UHGV virus genome: UHGV-0147806 | DNA from: a virus | Length of the DNA: 37,585 nucleotides | Reading direction: 5' to 3' (one strand) | Part shown: one piece after another, positions 1 through 9,843 of the stretch | How positions within the stretch are numbered: position 1 is the stretch's first letter | Layout of the letters: each line of letters begins with the position of its first letter | Notes under the pieces: model-generated | What the model was told of the DNA's origin: nothing | Seen by the model: the letters and a program-made list of their open reading frames with translations, nothing else | The model's database searches: none | Translations under genes and position numbers: made by a program

Positions 1-49
1 TTTCAGTTCTCTGGTACTAAATGGGGCAAATTGGGGGCAAACTTTGCAA

Positions 50-1285
50 CTACGATAACCGCGCATTCAACATGGCTACCTGTTCGTCGTTCATGTCATC
101 AATCCACATACCGTAAATTTCATACACCATCTGCGCAGTTTCATGCCCCATCTGGCTGGCTATAAACGCCGGGTTCGCTCCTGCCGTCAACAGCCAGCAG
201 GCAAAAGTATGCCGCGTATGGTACGGATTACGGCGGCGAATACCAGCACGTTTTACTGCTGCATTCCATCTCGCACCCAAACTGCTTACCGAGTAATAAG
301 GTTTCTGTTTTCCGTTACACACTCTGGGCATGAAAACAAAATGCAGTTTTTGCTTTTCGGTTCTGCCGTACTCCCGATGATAAAAAGTGATTTCGCTTTT
401 GCGATGATGCCCGGTCAGTTTGTATTGCTCCTTCAGTGCTTCAAGAGCAGGCTGCAGTAGTGTTACCGTCCGGATCCCCGCATTTGTTTTTGGGGGACCG
501 AACATATCCAGTATCGTCAGGTTTCTTCTGACATTCACAACTCCCTTCTCGAAATCCACATCCTCCCACGCCAGAGCAGCCAGTTCCCCGTGACGAAGCC
601 CGGAGTATACGGCAAATTTCCACAAGTTCTGGCTCTGTCCTTTTTCACTTTCCATTAATGCATTGAATTCTGTTTTAGATAACGGGTCAGGCTTTATTCT
701 GTTTCTCTGTAATTTCTTTACTCCTTCAAATGGTTTGGTTGATATAAATCCCGACTGATACGCAAAACGTAACAACGAACAGAGCAGGGCGATATAGTTA
801 TCAACTGTGCGCACGGTTCTTCCTTTTTTGTTGGATCTTGGATTATCCAGGTAAAGCGTTTCTCCATGCAGCAGTTCATTCCGGTAGTTTAAGATATCGC
901 TATAACGAATATGCGATATCGGAGTACTCTCACAAATTATTATCCTGAGTGTTTTTAATTGTGATTTCGTTTTCTTCATTGTGTTTGTTGTTAACTCTGT
1001 TTCTTTAATTTTTGTCCAGATATCACAAAGCTCCCCGAACGTTTTTATGACCCTCGTTGTCACCATTTTTGCCCCAGTGCTGGACTGGGGAAAACGTCTT
1101 AAATACTCAAACTCACCGGAATTGATTTCATGAACTATCAACGCTCTTAAATTCCCGGCTTTTTTAATGTTACTGTTAGTAACCTCCCAGCCTTTCAATG
1201 TTTCCCGACATCGTTTTCCTCGAAACATGAACCAGATGCGAATGTATTTACCTCGAATCTCGACACCTGTTGGTAATTTAGACAT
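50..1285 (-). CDS. intR: Prophage tyrosine integrase (Rac IntR-like, 411 aa)
   Basis: 411-aa ORF at the prophage end; C-terminal H-x-x-R ... Y catalytic pattern (HTRHTFACWLL ... YEIYG) typical of tyrosine recombinases; followed by an excisionase-like gene on the same strand. Confidence 0.9.
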   Translation of the reverse strand: MSKLPTGVEIRGKYIRIWFMFRGKRCRETLKGWEVTNSNIKKAGNLRALIVHEINSGEFEYLRRFPQSSTGAKMVTTRVIKTFGELCDIWTKIKETELTTNTMKKTKSQLKTLRIIICESTPISHIRYSDILNYRNELLHGETLYLDNPRSNKKGRTVRTVDNYIALLCSLLRFAYQSGFISTKPFEGVKKLQRNRIKPDPLSKTEFNALMESEKGQSQNLWKFAVYSGLRHGELAALAWEDVDFEKGVVNVRRNLTILDMFGPPKTNAGIRTVTLLQPALEALKEQYKLTGHHRKSEITFYHREYGRTEKQKLHFVFMPRVCNGKQKPYYSVSSLGARWNAAVKRAGIRRRNPYHTRHTFACWLLTAGANPAFIASQMGHETAQMVYEIYGMWIDDMNDEQVAMLNARLS

Positions 1286-1286
1286 A

Positions 1287-1502
1287 TCATGAGTCTTTGA
1301 TAAACTGATTTATCTTTGGATAGTTATACCAGATAATCCCTCGCTTACTGTCTGGCTTCCCTAAAGGAGATACTCGTTTGAAGTGGAAGCCTTCCACCCA
1401 ACAGTTCTGGCGGTATGCTTCAATTTGTCTGGCCCCCAGACCAGTGCGAAGCATCAGGCCGTATTCAACCATCCACTCTTCATTAAAGATTACTTGTGCC
1501 AT
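1287..1502 (-). CDS. xisR: Excisionase-like small DNA-binding protein (YdaQ/XisR-like, 71 aa from ATG at 1502)
   Basis: Small ORF 2 nt from the integrase start; ATG at 1502 is preceded by GAGGTGA; the longer ORF-track version starts at a TTG at 1526. Confidence 0.7.
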   Translation of the reverse strand: MAQVIFNEEWMVEYGLMLRTGLGARQIEAYRQNCWVEGFHFKRVSPLGKPDSKRGIIWYNYPKINQFIKDS

Positions 1503-1601
1503 CGCATCACCTCTGGCAGGCGCCAATGTTAGACTTAAATTGACGCCCGATGTTGATTATTAATAATCAGTTATGAAGTTTTAATTTGAATACAATGCAA
1601 T

Positions 1602-1790
1602 TCACGAGGACTGAAGTTTCTCGCAATTAAAATTTATCAGTTTTACTTTCTGCTCTCTGGAAACGCCTGCTTCTTTTTTACCTGAGAGCATTTTTTCGCA
1701 TTCTGATTTCGTTAGTTTAGATTTTGAATATCTTGTCCAGTTAGTAGGAGTGCCACCTTCCTTTTCAATAGTGGCGGTAATTTTATACAT
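1602..1790 (-). CDS. Hypothetical small protein at the Rac ydaC position (62 aa from the SD-supported ATG)
   Basis: ORF 1602..1862; the internal ATG at 1790 is preceded by GGAGGTG at 5-nt spacing, whereas the ATG at 1862 has no SD and would overlap the RalR-like ORF. Confidence 0.45.
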   Translation of the reverse strand: MYKITATIEKEGGTPTNWTRYSKSKLTKSECEKMLSGKKEAGVSREQKVKLINFNCEKLQSS

Positions 1791-1827
1791 GAACACCTCC
1801 ATTATTATTTCCAGTGGTTCGTTTATT

Positions 1828-1989
1828 TCATCGTTCGAGTGCTTCTTTTTCACTTCCACCATAACCGGTTCGGGATTCGCATCCGTTACACTTCGCTCGG
1901 TAATATCCTGAAATGGCTTTCACCGTTACTGATGGACAACCACAAAATGGACATGGTTTAACATTGTCATATCTCATAATTTTTCTCAT
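1828..1989 (-). CDS. ralR: RalR-like restriction-alleviation/toxin protein (Lar family, zinc ribbon C-x2-C ... C-x2-C)
   Basis: Hand translation of the minus strand: MRKIMRYDNVKPCPFCGCPSVTVKAISGYYRAKCNGCESRTGYGGSEKEALER*; below the 60-aa cutoff of the ORF track; sits immediately downstream of recT as in Rac. Start may be ATG 1989 or ATG 1977. Confidence 0.6.
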   Translation of the reverse strand: MRKIMRYDNVKPCPFCGCPSVTVKAISGYYRAKCNGCESRTGYGGSEKEALER

Positions 1990-2032
1990 AAAAATATTTC
2001 AAGTTGGCGGTGCATTACACCGCCAGGCTGAA

Positions 2033-2842
2033 TTATTCCTCTGAATTATCGATTACACTGTATTCCCCGGTTAATACAGAGGAATCTGCAGGATCGATTG
2101 TCAGTGGTTCCTTTTCATCCATTGATACTGCACGCTGGATCTCAATTGATACGGGCAGATATTTGAACAGGCGACGAATAGCCGTTTTCTTTGCCATTTC
2201 TTCCCAGTGAGTTACCCACGGCCCGTTATTACCAGCTTTACTCTGGCTGCGCACCAGCTCAATCTGTTTGCGCGTCATAACTTCAAACTGAGTACCTCCG
2301 TCTTTCAGTCTTGCGACAGCATAGACGTGGGTAACAGGGGCATCTTCGTTTTCTCCTGGGCGGTGTATTAACTTTTCATCAAGGCCAAATTCGAAATTAA
2401 ACTCGTCACCTTCACGGACAACACGGGCTGACAGGCTGGCGATTTGACCTGAACGGCGAGCCAGATCAATCATGCCGCGATAGCCAATGATTAGCTGAAC
2501 GTTTTTTTTACCGCTCTTTTCGTTTTTATTACCAAAAGGCAGTAAATATGCATGACCGAGGGCGCTACCGGGCTCAAGTCCGAGCTGTGAACACTGTACG
2601 ATTGCACTGACAAAACTCATAGTGTCACAGTTTCCTAACGCCGGAACTTTACGAATTTCTGTGGTGGCGATACGGATCATACGTTCAGCCGTCATATGGC
2701 GTGGAAGAGCTGCTGCCAGTTGCTCTTTCATTGATGGCTGGTTAATAAAACTAATCACGTCGTTATTTTTAATTGCTGCTGGTGCACGGTTTCCCTGAGT
2801 TTTTTGCAGATCGGCTTTTGCGATTGGTGGTTGCTTAGTCAT
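2033..2842 (-). CDS. recT: RecT single-strand annealing recombinase (269 aa)
   Basis: The translation from [12 protein letters not shown] matches my recollection of K-12 RecT; 8-nt overlap with the recE stop, as expected for the recET operon. Confidence 0.93.
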   Translation of the reverse strand: MTKQPPIAKADLQKTQGNRAPAAIKNNDVISFINQPSMKEQLAAALPRHMTAERMIRIATTEIRKVPALGNCDTMSFVSAIVQCSQLGLEPGSALGHAYLLPFGNKNEKSGKKNVQLIIGYRGMIDLARRSGQIASLSARVVREGDEFNFEFGLDEKLIHRPGENEDAPVTHVYAVARLKDGGTQFEVMTRKQIELVRSQSKAGNNGPWVTHWEEMAKKTAIRRLFKYLPVSIEIQRAVSMDEKEPLTIDPADSSVLTGEYSVIDNSEE

Positions 2843-5435
2843 TTGCATATTCCTTAGCCCAGCGGGGCAGTGATAACGTCTTAATAGCTGGCCATTCATC
2901 GGTATTGAGGCAGTCAGCCAGGGTTCGCAGATTGCGGTGATATTCCAGCTGACCTGCCAGTTTTGCTTCTTCGCCCATCATGAAAATTTCAACCGGATAA
3001 CGTCCGCATTCAATAGTTGTGCTGGCAACCAGAAAAACGAAAGTTGGCTGCACTCCAAACTGTGCTTCATAACCGTCACTGTAGAATGCATCCTGAACGT
3101 GATAGCGGTAGTCGTAATAAGCGGTTTTGAATCGTTGAATATCCGCCGTAGTTTTCACGTCCATGATCCAGTGAAATTCAGGGATAATTTTGTCCGGACG
3201 GCACCGACACAAAATTGCTGTTTCAGGATCTTCCCAGTAAATTGATGATTCAGCGTGTCCGGCGCTTTCAACAAGCCATTGCCCCAGCGGCAAAGCCATA
3301 ACGCTCTGATACATGAGTTCAATTTTCCGGCCTTCTTCGGCAGTGATAACCGTTTTTCCTGTGCTTGCGCATTCCCTCAGAAACGCTTTCTCTTCTTCTT
3401 TTCCGGAGTTTGTCCGGCGGTTAAATTCAGGTGCTACGATAAAGCGGTTACTGAATTCTTCCGGCTCAAGTACCCGGCAGTGGAAAGCGGTTCCTAAATC
3501 GAGCGTTTTTGTCTTTGTGGTGTCCACGGGGGCATTTTTACGCCACAAATACAGTGCCGGAGTATCAGCAATGTCATCGAGCTGAGACTTACTGACACCG
3601 GGACCCGCGTGGTAATTCTCATTCGAAATTCCGTAATAAATACCTGGCTCTATGTCTTCTACGATTACGGGATCTGCGACTTCGCCAGTTTCATCACTGC
3701 AATCGCGATGCGGATCGCTGCCAGCATTCTCATTGTGCGGATGTTCAGCGCCTTCCATTTCCTCCGGATCATTTTCCTTAGCTTCAACCTGACTCTCTTC
3801 ATCGAATGTTTCCTGGTATGTTGCGTCGCCCATCACCGCACCACAGTCAGGGCAGTTATCCCCGCCAGTCTGGCCGCAGGCATTGCAGGCTATTTCCGGT
3901 TCCTGTTGCACTACTGGCTCAGGTTGATTCATATCCGGGCTGGTTTTTTCCGTTTCTGGCTGGTTCTGGTACACACAATCGCGAGTCTGGATCCCCTTTA
4001 CCCATTTCGGATCGTTCGGGTCGCTAATTCCGTCAACAAATTCACCACGTGATGCAGCAAGCAATTTATCGGCATCGACAGGATTTTTTGATGGAATGTT
4101 TTTCCGGGCTTCATGGAGTTCTGCCCGCAGTTCCTGATATTTCGCATCAACAGAATTTACCTGTGACTGAGCATCCAGCGGCTGCGTGTCCTGATGATGT
4201 TCAGTTGCGTCCGGTTCCATTGTTTCAGCCTCTCCCTGTTCAACTGCCGTTGTTCCAGATGGTTGCGGTTTTTCTTCATCATCCTGTTTTCCTTCTTCTG
4301 TTACTCGCTGCGGCATCGGGGCAGAGGAGCGACCGCAGGCAATATCCACGATTTCCGGATCAGGGTTGGCATGATCGGTTTCAGTCAGTACTTTGTTCAG
4401 ATATTCAGTGACGTGCGCGGGGATGACCTCGATCCCAATTGGTGCTTCTTTTACGGACGCAACCACGATGGCGCGGGAATAATCCAGCCCGCCAGGCATG
4501 GTGATGAATTTGTCGCGGAAAACAGAAAAGGGCGGTTTATTTTCAGCGATAATTTCCTCAATGCGTTTAGCGTGTGCCGGATGAAGGTTATAGATGTCCA
4601 GATCCATTGAACGGGCCAGTACGCCAGTGGCTACGTCCCGCGCCAGTGACGTCAGATCGTGTACGAAACCTTCGCCGCGATCGGTGAGGTTTCCGCCGCC
4701 AGCATTAGCACCGGAAGCCGTGCGAGTGATGTGTGAAACACGATTACCCTTCATCCACTCTTTTGTCAGCAGTCCTCGATCGGTGTAGTCAGCGTTCAGG
4801 TATGCTTCGAAAAAAGCAGTTATCAGTCCCAGGTTTGAATTACCAGGATTAGGGAAAACTTTGTCAGTGTCACGAACCAGTTTGTGGAGTTCGCGAATTT
4901 CCAGCGGGTCGAGCAGGCTGGTTTTGTGGGAAACAGCCAGGGCAGTAACAGCCGGTAGTTCTTCAGCCCGAGCAATGTGTAATGCCTGGAGTCCGTCGCG
5001 TGAAACGTGCGTTACCGGTTTTTCGCTGCCGTGTTGAGCAAGCCAACGAATGGGCAGTTCCTGGCCAGAAATTGGGAGTAGCATATTCTCCTCAATCTCA
5101 GTCATGTCTTCGCCGTTGACGTTGGTATTGCCTTGATAGTGAGCGTTGTCTGGTGCTGCTCCCGGTTTTAGTTCCCATGTCATGGAGTCTTTGCTGAGTT
5201 GATAGCGTTCACTCCAGGTAAAATCGATCTCACCTTCAGCGGGCAGGTCATTAACGACAGGAAAATTCGTGGCAACAGCTTTAAAATAGCTGCTCAGTTT
5301 TTTACCTGACTTAACGATCAGGTAGTCCAGAGTGGCACAGGTCGATTCAAAATCGTTGCTTGCCCACAGGACGACGTCAGGTTCACCGGATGATTTTTTC
5401 GCTTTCCGTAACAGGAAGAGTGGTTTTGTGCTCAT
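2835..5435 (-). CDS. recE: RecE exonuclease VIII (866 aa)
   Basis: 866-aa ORF with an acidic low-complexity middle region and a C-terminal nuclease domain; length and sequence agree with my recollection of Rac RecE. Confidence 0.93.
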   Translation of the reverse strand: MSTKPLFLLRKAKKSSGEPDVVLWASNDFESTCATLDYLIVKSGKKLSSYFKAVATNFPVVNDLPAEGEIDFTWSERYQLSKDSMTWELKPGAAPDNAHYQGNTNVNGEDMTEIEENMLLPISGQELPIRWLAQHGSEKPVTHVSRDGLQALHIARAEELPAVTALAVSHKTSLLDPLEIRELHKLVRDTDKVFPNPGNSNLGLITAFFEAYLNADYTDRGLLTKEWMKGNRVSHITRTASGANAGGGNLTDRGEGFVHDLTSLARDVATGVLARSMDLDIYNLHPAHAKRIEEIIAENKPPFSVFRDKFITMPGGLDYSRAIVVASVKEAPIGIEVIPAHVTEYLNKVLTETDHANPDPEIVDIACGRSSAPMPQRVTEEGKQDDEEKPQPSGTTAVEQGEAETMEPDATEHHQDTQPLDAQSQVNSVDAKYQELRAELHEARKNIPSKNPVDADKLLAASRGEFVDGISDPNDPKWVKGIQTRDCVYQNQPETEKTSPDMNQPEPVVQQEPEIACNACGQTGGDNCPDCGAVMGDATYQETFDEESQVEAKENDPEEMEGAEHPHNENAGSDPHRDCSDETGEVADPVIVEDIEPGIYYGISNENYHAGPGVSKSQLDDIADTPALYLWRKNAPVDTTKTKTLDLGTAFHCRVLEPEEFSNRFIVAPEFNRRTNSGKEEEKAFLRECASTGKTVITAEEGRKIELMYQSVMALPLGQWLVESAGHAESSIYWEDPETAILCRCRPDKIIPEFHWIMDVKTTADIQRFKTAYYDYRYHVQDAFYSDGYEAQFGVQPTFVFLVASTTIECGRYPVEIFMMGEEAKLAGQLEYHRNLRTLADCLNTDEWPAIKTLSLPRWAKEYAND

Positions 5436-5506
5436 TGTTTTTTAACCTCAACTCAGATTAAAATTCGTTTTGTTCAGTGAATGATCTTGCCGGATACACA
5501 CTGTTC

Positions 5507-5531
5507 ATAGCCTGCGCCATACGCAGGCTAT
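5507..5531. other. Perfect 10-bp inverted repeat (ATAGCCTGCG-ccata-CGCAGGCTAT) between racC and recE
   Basis: Seen directly; T-rich tract (TTTCTTTC) follows on the plus strand only. Confidence 0.5.
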
Positions 5532-5536
5532 TTCTT

Positions 5537-5812
5537 TCAGATTTCACCTTTTAATTTCATTGCAATTAGAGTTGCCAGAAATTCGGCTTTTTTTTCTGCG
5601 GGCAGATTCTTTCCGATATGCACCAGGCACATTTTTTTGACACCTTCATCAAGTGTTTTTACGTTGCCTGATGGACCATCGATATCAACCACAGTGAATG
5701 GGGTTTCTTTATTTTCTGTTTTAATTACGTAGCCAATGCGCTTTCCTTCCAGATTCACCTCGTGAACAATGTCATCGGTAGTTACAACAGTGGCTTCATA
5801 ATTGGTAATCAT
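5537..5812 (-). CDS. racC: RacC-like protein (91 aa)
   Basis: ATG at 5812 preceded by AAGGAG at 6-nt spacing; position after recE as in Rac. Confidence 0.7.
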   Translation of the reverse strand: MITNYEATVVTTDDIVHEVNLEGKRIGYVIKTENKETPFTVVDIDGPSGNVKTLDEGVKKMCLVHIGKNLPAEKKAEFLATLIAMKLKGEI

Positions 5813-5886
5813 GTTTTTCTCCTTAATTAAGGTTGAGCGAATACCTGCCATTTCTGGCATAAATTCAGTTTCGAATAGTCAATTAA

Positions 5887-6057
5887 TTAAAGTTCATGTG
5901 CCATCTGGTCTTTTTCGGCACAAGCTTCACTGCAATATTTTCTCGGTTCGTCTTTTGATAAAATCCCGTGCATGAAGTGAAGCATTCTTTCAATAGCTTT
6001 GCTTTCTTCAACGTCTTTTTTGCAAAGGTGGTAAGCACATTTTATTTTCTTAGTCAT
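5887..6057 (-). CDS. ydaE: YdaE-like small Cys-rich protein (56 aa)
   Basis: Hand translation [56 protein letters not shown]; GGAG 8 nt upstream; start overlaps the kilR stop. Confidence 0.6.
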   Translation of the reverse strand: MTKKIKCAYHLCKKDVEESKAIERMLHFMHGILSKDEPRKYCSEACAEKDQMAHEL

Positions 6058-6278
6058 CACCATGACTCCGCCTTTACAGGTAAACCATCACGACCGAGGA
6101 AGACTTTAATCATGCGGTCAGTAATGCATGTTTTTGTGGTCAGGTTACGAATATATAGTTTTCGCTTTTTAATATTGTTTGCCGAGGCAATATATGTCCG
6201 GCCTTCATGAAGAACATAATCGCCAGGAGTCACACACTGACGTGGTATTTCATCAGTTCCGAAGTGATGTGCAATCAT
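6057..6278 (-). CDS. kilR: KilR-like cell-division inhibitor (73 aa)
   Basis: ATG at 6278 preceded by GGAG; 73-aa product [14 protein letters not shown]..., matching the length and sequence I recall for Rac KilR. Confidence 0.8.
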   Translation of the reverse strand: MIAHHFGTDEIPRQCVTPGDYVLHEGRTYIASANNIKKRKLYIRNLTTKTCITDRMIKVFLGRDGLPVKAESW

Positions 6279-6719
6279 AATTATCTCCATTTTTACAAAT
6301 GAACTTTGTTGATGCGGTGCCTGGTGCCTCCAGGTGACTGCAACCAGTTAACAATTACAGTCGGCTTTCCCACCCAAACCAATAAGGACTAACATGACTT
6401 TTAACTGTGCCACGTGCGCTTAGCCGCATTCACCGCATCACAAAATTCACTTTAAAAAGGGCGGACATCAGCCGAACTTCAAGAAAAAAACTGATGCCGC
6501 CAGGACTACACACAGCAATGTCGTTATTTACAACCGGAGGCGCACTCCCACCATTTAAATTTAACAGACAAGACCGACTCTTTATGGATATCGGAAATGC
6601 GCCTTCGTGTTGTGCCCGGTTTTATTTCACCACCTCCGGGCTTCGGTGGTCTCGGCTATACCCCTACAGCGAGAGCTTGTGTTAACATTTCAATACCCTT
6701 ACAGTTGAGAGTTATTGAT

Positions 6720-7208
6720 ATGTTGGATGTATTTACTCCATTGTTGAAACTTTTTGCTAACGAGCCACTCGAAATACTTATGTATACGATTATCATTTTT
6801 GGTCTCACTCTCTGGCTGATACCGAAAGAGTTTACTGTCGCATTCAATGCTTATACTGAAATACCTTGGCTCTTTCAGATTATCGTTTTTGCCTTTTCTT
6901 TCGTGGTCGCCATTTCCTTCTCAAGATTGCGAGCACATATTCAAAAGCATTATTCATTACTACCAGAGCAACGAGTATTGCTTCGTTTATCTGAGAAAGA
7001 AATCGCTGTATTTAAAGATTTCCTTAAAACAGGAAATCTTATTATCACTTCTCCTTGCCGTAACCCGGTTATGAAAAAATTAGAACGGAAGGGCATCATT
7101 CAACATCAGAGTGATAGCGCAAACTGTTCTTATTATCTCGTCACCGAAAAATACTCCCATTTTATGAAGTTATTCTGGAACAGCAGGAGTAGACGTTTTA
7201 ATCGTTAG
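6720..7208 (+). CDS. sieB: Superinfection exclusion protein B (SieB-like, 162 aa, membrane protein)
   Basis: Internal ATG at 6720 with an upstream GAGAG; hydrophobic N-terminal segments; opposite orientation inside the leftward operon, as in Rac. Confidence 0.8.
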   Translation: MLDVFTPLLKLFANEPLEILMYTIIIFGLTLWLIPKEFTVAFNAYTEIPWLFQIIVFAFSFVVAISFSRLRAHIQKHYSLLPEQRVLLRLSEKEIAVFKDFLKTGNLIITSPCRNPVMKKLERKGIIQHQSDSANCSYYLVTEKYSHFMKLFWNSRSRRFNR

Positions 7209-7209
7209 C

Positions 7210-7359
7210 TTACTGTGTGCTTCTCCAACCATCGGCCGCACCAGTTTCGGTTTTAAATGTTTTGCTTTTGGTATACGTCATGGCAGTGAACGTTCCATCC
7301 TGGTTGGGGAACACGCCGCACACCAGGGATTCGTTGTTGCCGAGGTCGATTTTTTGCAT
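7210..7359 (-). CDS. ydaF: YdaF-like small protein (49 aa)
   Basis: Hand translation MQKIDLGNNESLVCGVFPNQDGTFTAMTYTKSKTFKTETGAADGWRSTQ*; lies between ydaG and sieB. Confidence 0.55.
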   Translation of the reverse strand: MQKIDLGNNESLVCGVFPNQDGTFTAMTYTKSKTFKTETGAADGWRSTQ

Positions 7360-7369
7360 TTTGCGAATC

Positions 7370-7504
7370 TCACATCTTGTTGCTGTGTATAGCGACTTCT
7401 GCCTGCCAGAGATCCCAGTCGTTGCTGCGTAAAGCCTGCACAGCCTGGTTGTAAGTGATACCGCAACAATCCATCAAATACTGAACTACTTCGTAATGCA
7501 CCAT
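7370..7504 (-). CDS. ydaG: YdaG-like small protein (44 aa)
   Basis: ATG-initiated 44-aa product MVHYEVVQYLMDCCGITYNQAVQALRSNDWDLWQAEVAIHSNKM; first gene downstream of the OL-like operator region. Confidence 0.55.
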   Translation of the reverse strand: MVHYEVVQYLMDCCGITYNQAVQALRSNDWDLWQAEVAIHSNKM

Positions 7505-7669
7505 CTTATCTCTCCCCTTAACGCCGGGTGGCGGAACTGAAACCTGCTGCACTGCAAAATCTGAACCCTGCCGTCATGTTCATACGCCTCGGGCTGGCTA
7601 CTTAACCCCTGACCACTGCCTGGTAACTCGAAGTATTGCCCTGCGTTCTGTGGGGCGGGGTGGGTTGGT

Positions 7670-7725
7670 AGGTATATAATGTACTTTGTGTTCATTGATG
7701 TAAAGTACTTTAAGTACATTTTGTG
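7670..7725. promoter_or_regulatory. OL-like operator/promoter region with three GTAC-core sites (AATGTACTTT, palindromic AAAGTACTTT, AAGTACATTT)
   Basis: Repeats seen at 7678-7687, 7703-7712 and 7713-7722; TATAAT at 7675-7680; located between the repressor 3' end and the leftward early genes. Confidence 0.6.
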
Positions 7726-7794
7726 TGTAAAAAAATGAGATGGGATAAAGTGAAGCACAAACCCGGAGGGGGACGCTACCGGATTTATGCTGGT

Positions 7795-8214
7795 TTAAGA
7801 GGCTTTTTGTTTTTTCTTTCGTGCTAGCTCTTCGTAAATTGCATTGTACTTCTGTTTTTTCTCCTCAAGAGTTTTTAAAAGTTCATCTGTCTCACTGTCA
7901 GGGAGCTCGTCCAGAAGGTCAATGATGATTTTTTGTCTTGGATTTAACTCCTGATAGAAACGTACCTGTCCACTTTCTTCTGTATCCTCTCCCAAAAGAT
8001 AGGTTGGTGTTGTTCCAATGAGTGTTGCTAATTCCCTTAATTTCTCTCGGCGAGGAATTGTTTCGCCATTAAACCATTTGCTAACCGCTTTTGGTGTTAA
8101 TTTCATTCGACGGGCAATTTCTGCCTGCCTTCCATGTTGTTCATAACCAGCGTTTTCACAGGCTAGCGCAAGCCTACTGGCGAACTCTTTACGCGCTTTA
8201 TCTTCATGAACCAT
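7795..8214 (-). CDS. XRE-family HTH prophage repressor (RacR-like/cI-like, 139 aa)
   Basis: N-terminal HTH (QAEIARRMKLTPKAVSKWFNGETIP); divergent from a cro-like gene; flanked by operator repeats. Confidence 0.75.
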   Translation of the reverse strand: MVHEDKARKEFASRLALACENAGYEQHGRQAEIARRMKLTPKAVSKWFNGETIPRREKLRELATLIGTTPTYLLGEDTEESGQVRFYQELNPRQKIIIDLLDELPDSETDELLKTLEEKKQKYNAIYEELARKKKQKAS

Positions 8215-8293
8215 AAGTTCAATGATATTCGCTCTTGAATGTACTGTCAGTTCTGTTATAGCATGTACTCAAAGTTCACATTGTGAGGGTGAT
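8215..8293. promoter_or_regulatory. OR-like divergent promoter/operator region (two ATGTACT sites)
   Basis: 79-bp divergent intergenic region; GAATGTACT at 8245-8253 and GCATGTACT at 8272-8280 share the GTAC core with the OL-like sites. Confidence 0.55.
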
Positions 8294-8548
8294 ATGAACC
8301 AGAAAACACTTGAAGATGTAATCAAAACTGTTCGCGTTTCTGTTGTGGCCGACGTTTGTGGTGTCAGCCAAAGAGCAATCTACAAATGGATGGATAACGG
8401 AAAATTGCCTCGCACAGAATATACCGGCGAAACAAATTACGCTGAAAAAATCGCTCATGCATCAAACGGATTATTTTCTGCTGATGTAATTTTAACTATT
8501 GGCAGAAATAAAACTACTACGAAAAAGCTGATGGGAGTTGATTCATGA
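8294..8548 (+). CDS. ydaS: Cro-like HTH protein (YdaS-like)
   Basis: ATG at 8294 after GAGGGTGA; HTH (VCGVSQRAIYKWMDNGKLP); divergent from the repressor. Confidence 0.7.
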   Translation: MNQKTLEDVIKTVRVSVVADVCGVSQRAIYKWMDNGKLPRTEYTGETNYAEKIAHASNGLFSADVILTIGRNKTTTKKLMGVDS

Positions 8549-8967
8549 AAATCAAGCATGAGCACATCGAGTCAGTGTTGTTAGCCCTGGCAGCCGAAAA
8601 AGGGCAGGCATGGGTAGCCAATGCCATTACTGAAGAATATCTGCGCCAGGGGGGCGGCGAATTGCCCCTGGTACCAGGCAAGGACTGGAATAATCAGCAG
8701 AATATCTATCACCGTTGGTTGAAAGGTGAAACGAAAACGCAAAGAGAAAAAATTCAGAAGCTGATCCCAGCAATTCTGGCAATCCTTCCGCGCGAGCTGC
8801 GTCACCGACTCTGCATCTTCGATACCCTGGAACGCCGTGCATTACTGGCGGCGCAGGAAGCGTTAAGTACGGCAATTGATGCGCATGATGATGCAGTCCA
8901 AGCCGTTTACCGGAAAGCGCATTTCAGCGGCGGCGGGTCTTCCGACGATTCTGTCATTGTTCATTAA
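8545..8967 (+). CDS. ydaT: YdaT-like protein (140 aa)
   Basis: ATGA overlap with ydaS; length and position as in Rac. Confidence 0.75.
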   Translation: MKIKHEHIESVLLALAAEKGQAWVANAITEEYLRQGGGELPLVPGKDWNNQQNIYHRWLKGETKTQREKIQKLIPAILAILPRELRHRLCIFDTLERRALLAAQEALSTAIDAHDDAVQAVYRKAHFSGGGSSDDSVIVH

Positions 8968-8979
8968 GCAAAAGTTTCC

Positions 8980-9837
8980 ATGCTGTTTGTGCTTATTCTA
9001 AGCCACCGGGCAGCATCATACGGGGCAATTATGGCCGCATTACCATACATGCAACTGTACATAGCTGATTACCTGGCTGACACCATGCATTTGTCAGCAG
9101 AGGAGCATGGTGCGTATTTGTTGCTGATGTTCAATTACTGGCAAACAGGAAAGCCAATACCTAAAAACAGGCTGGCAAAAATTGCCCGTCTGACTAACGA
9201 GCGATGGGCTGATGTTGAACCATCCTTGCAGGAGTTTTTTTGCGATAACGGCGAGGAATGGGTGCATCTTCGGATTGAGGAAGATCTGGCATCAGTCAGG
9301 GAAAAATTAACCAAAAAATCAGCCGCAGGAAAAGCATCTGTTCAGGCCAGAAGAAGCAGAAAGGAAGCAGATGTTCAAACAAAACAAGAGAGAAATTTAA
9401 CAGGTGTTCAAACAGATGTTGAAGTGGTGTTTGAACATGATGTCAACACAAAGGCAACTAATAAAGATACAGATAAAGATCTAAAAACAGGTCCCCCCCT
9501 AAATCCCCCCCGGGGGAATCGAGGTGTCAAAAAGTTTGACCCTCTGGATATTGCTTTGCCGAACTGGATTTCTGTCTCGCTTTGGCGTGAGTGGGTTGAA
9601 TTTCGCCAGGCATTGCGAAAACCGATTCGAACGGAGCAGGGCGCTAACGGGGCGATACGGGAGCTGGAAAAATTCCGCCAGCAGGGTTTTTCACCTGAGC
9701 AGGTGATTCGACACAGCATCGCCAATGAATACCAGGGCTTGTTCGCGCCGAAAGGTGTTCGACCTGAGACGTTACTCCGACAGGTTAACACCGTCTCGTT
9801 ACCGGATAGTGCGATCCCGCCAGGCTTCAGGGGGTAA
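8980..9837 (+). CDS. ydaU: Replication initiation protein (YdaU-like, 285 aa)
   Basis: Position before the DnaC-like gene; N-terminal YIADYLADT... motif. Confidence 0.75.
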   Translation: MLFVLILSHRAASYGAIMAALPYMQLYIADYLADTMHLSAEEHGAYLLLMFNYWQTGKPIPKNRLAKIARLTNERWADVEPSLQEFFCDNGEEWVHLRIEEDLASVREKLTKKSAAGKASVQARRSRKEADVQTKQERNLTGVQTDVEVVFEHDVNTKATNKDTDKDLKTGPPLNPPRGNRGVKKFDPLDIALPNWISVSLWREWVEFRQALRKPIRTEQGANGAIRELEKFRQQGFSPEQVIRHSIANEYQGLFAPKGVRPETLLRQVNTVSLPDSAIPPGFRG

Positions 9838-9843
9838 CTGACC

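Noticed and set aside
1-49. Prophage attachment site at the left boundary
   Set aside because: The att core can only be defined by comparison with the other prophage end or an empty site, neither of which is in the window.
2937-4788. Series of plus-strand ORFs (102-147 aa) inside the recE region
   Set aside because: They are antisense shadow ORFs within a well-supported 866-aa gene, with no RBS and no recognisable products.
6629-6650. ACCACC ... GGTGGT hairpin upstream of sieB
   Set aside because: The stem is only 6 bp with no T-tract on either strand, so it is not a convincing terminator; it may simply lie within the sieB 5' UTR.
7486-7758. 90-aa minus-strand ORF spanning the operator region
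   Set aside because: It overlaps the operator and promoter repeats, has a low-complexity product and no RBS; the region is better explained as regulatory DNA.
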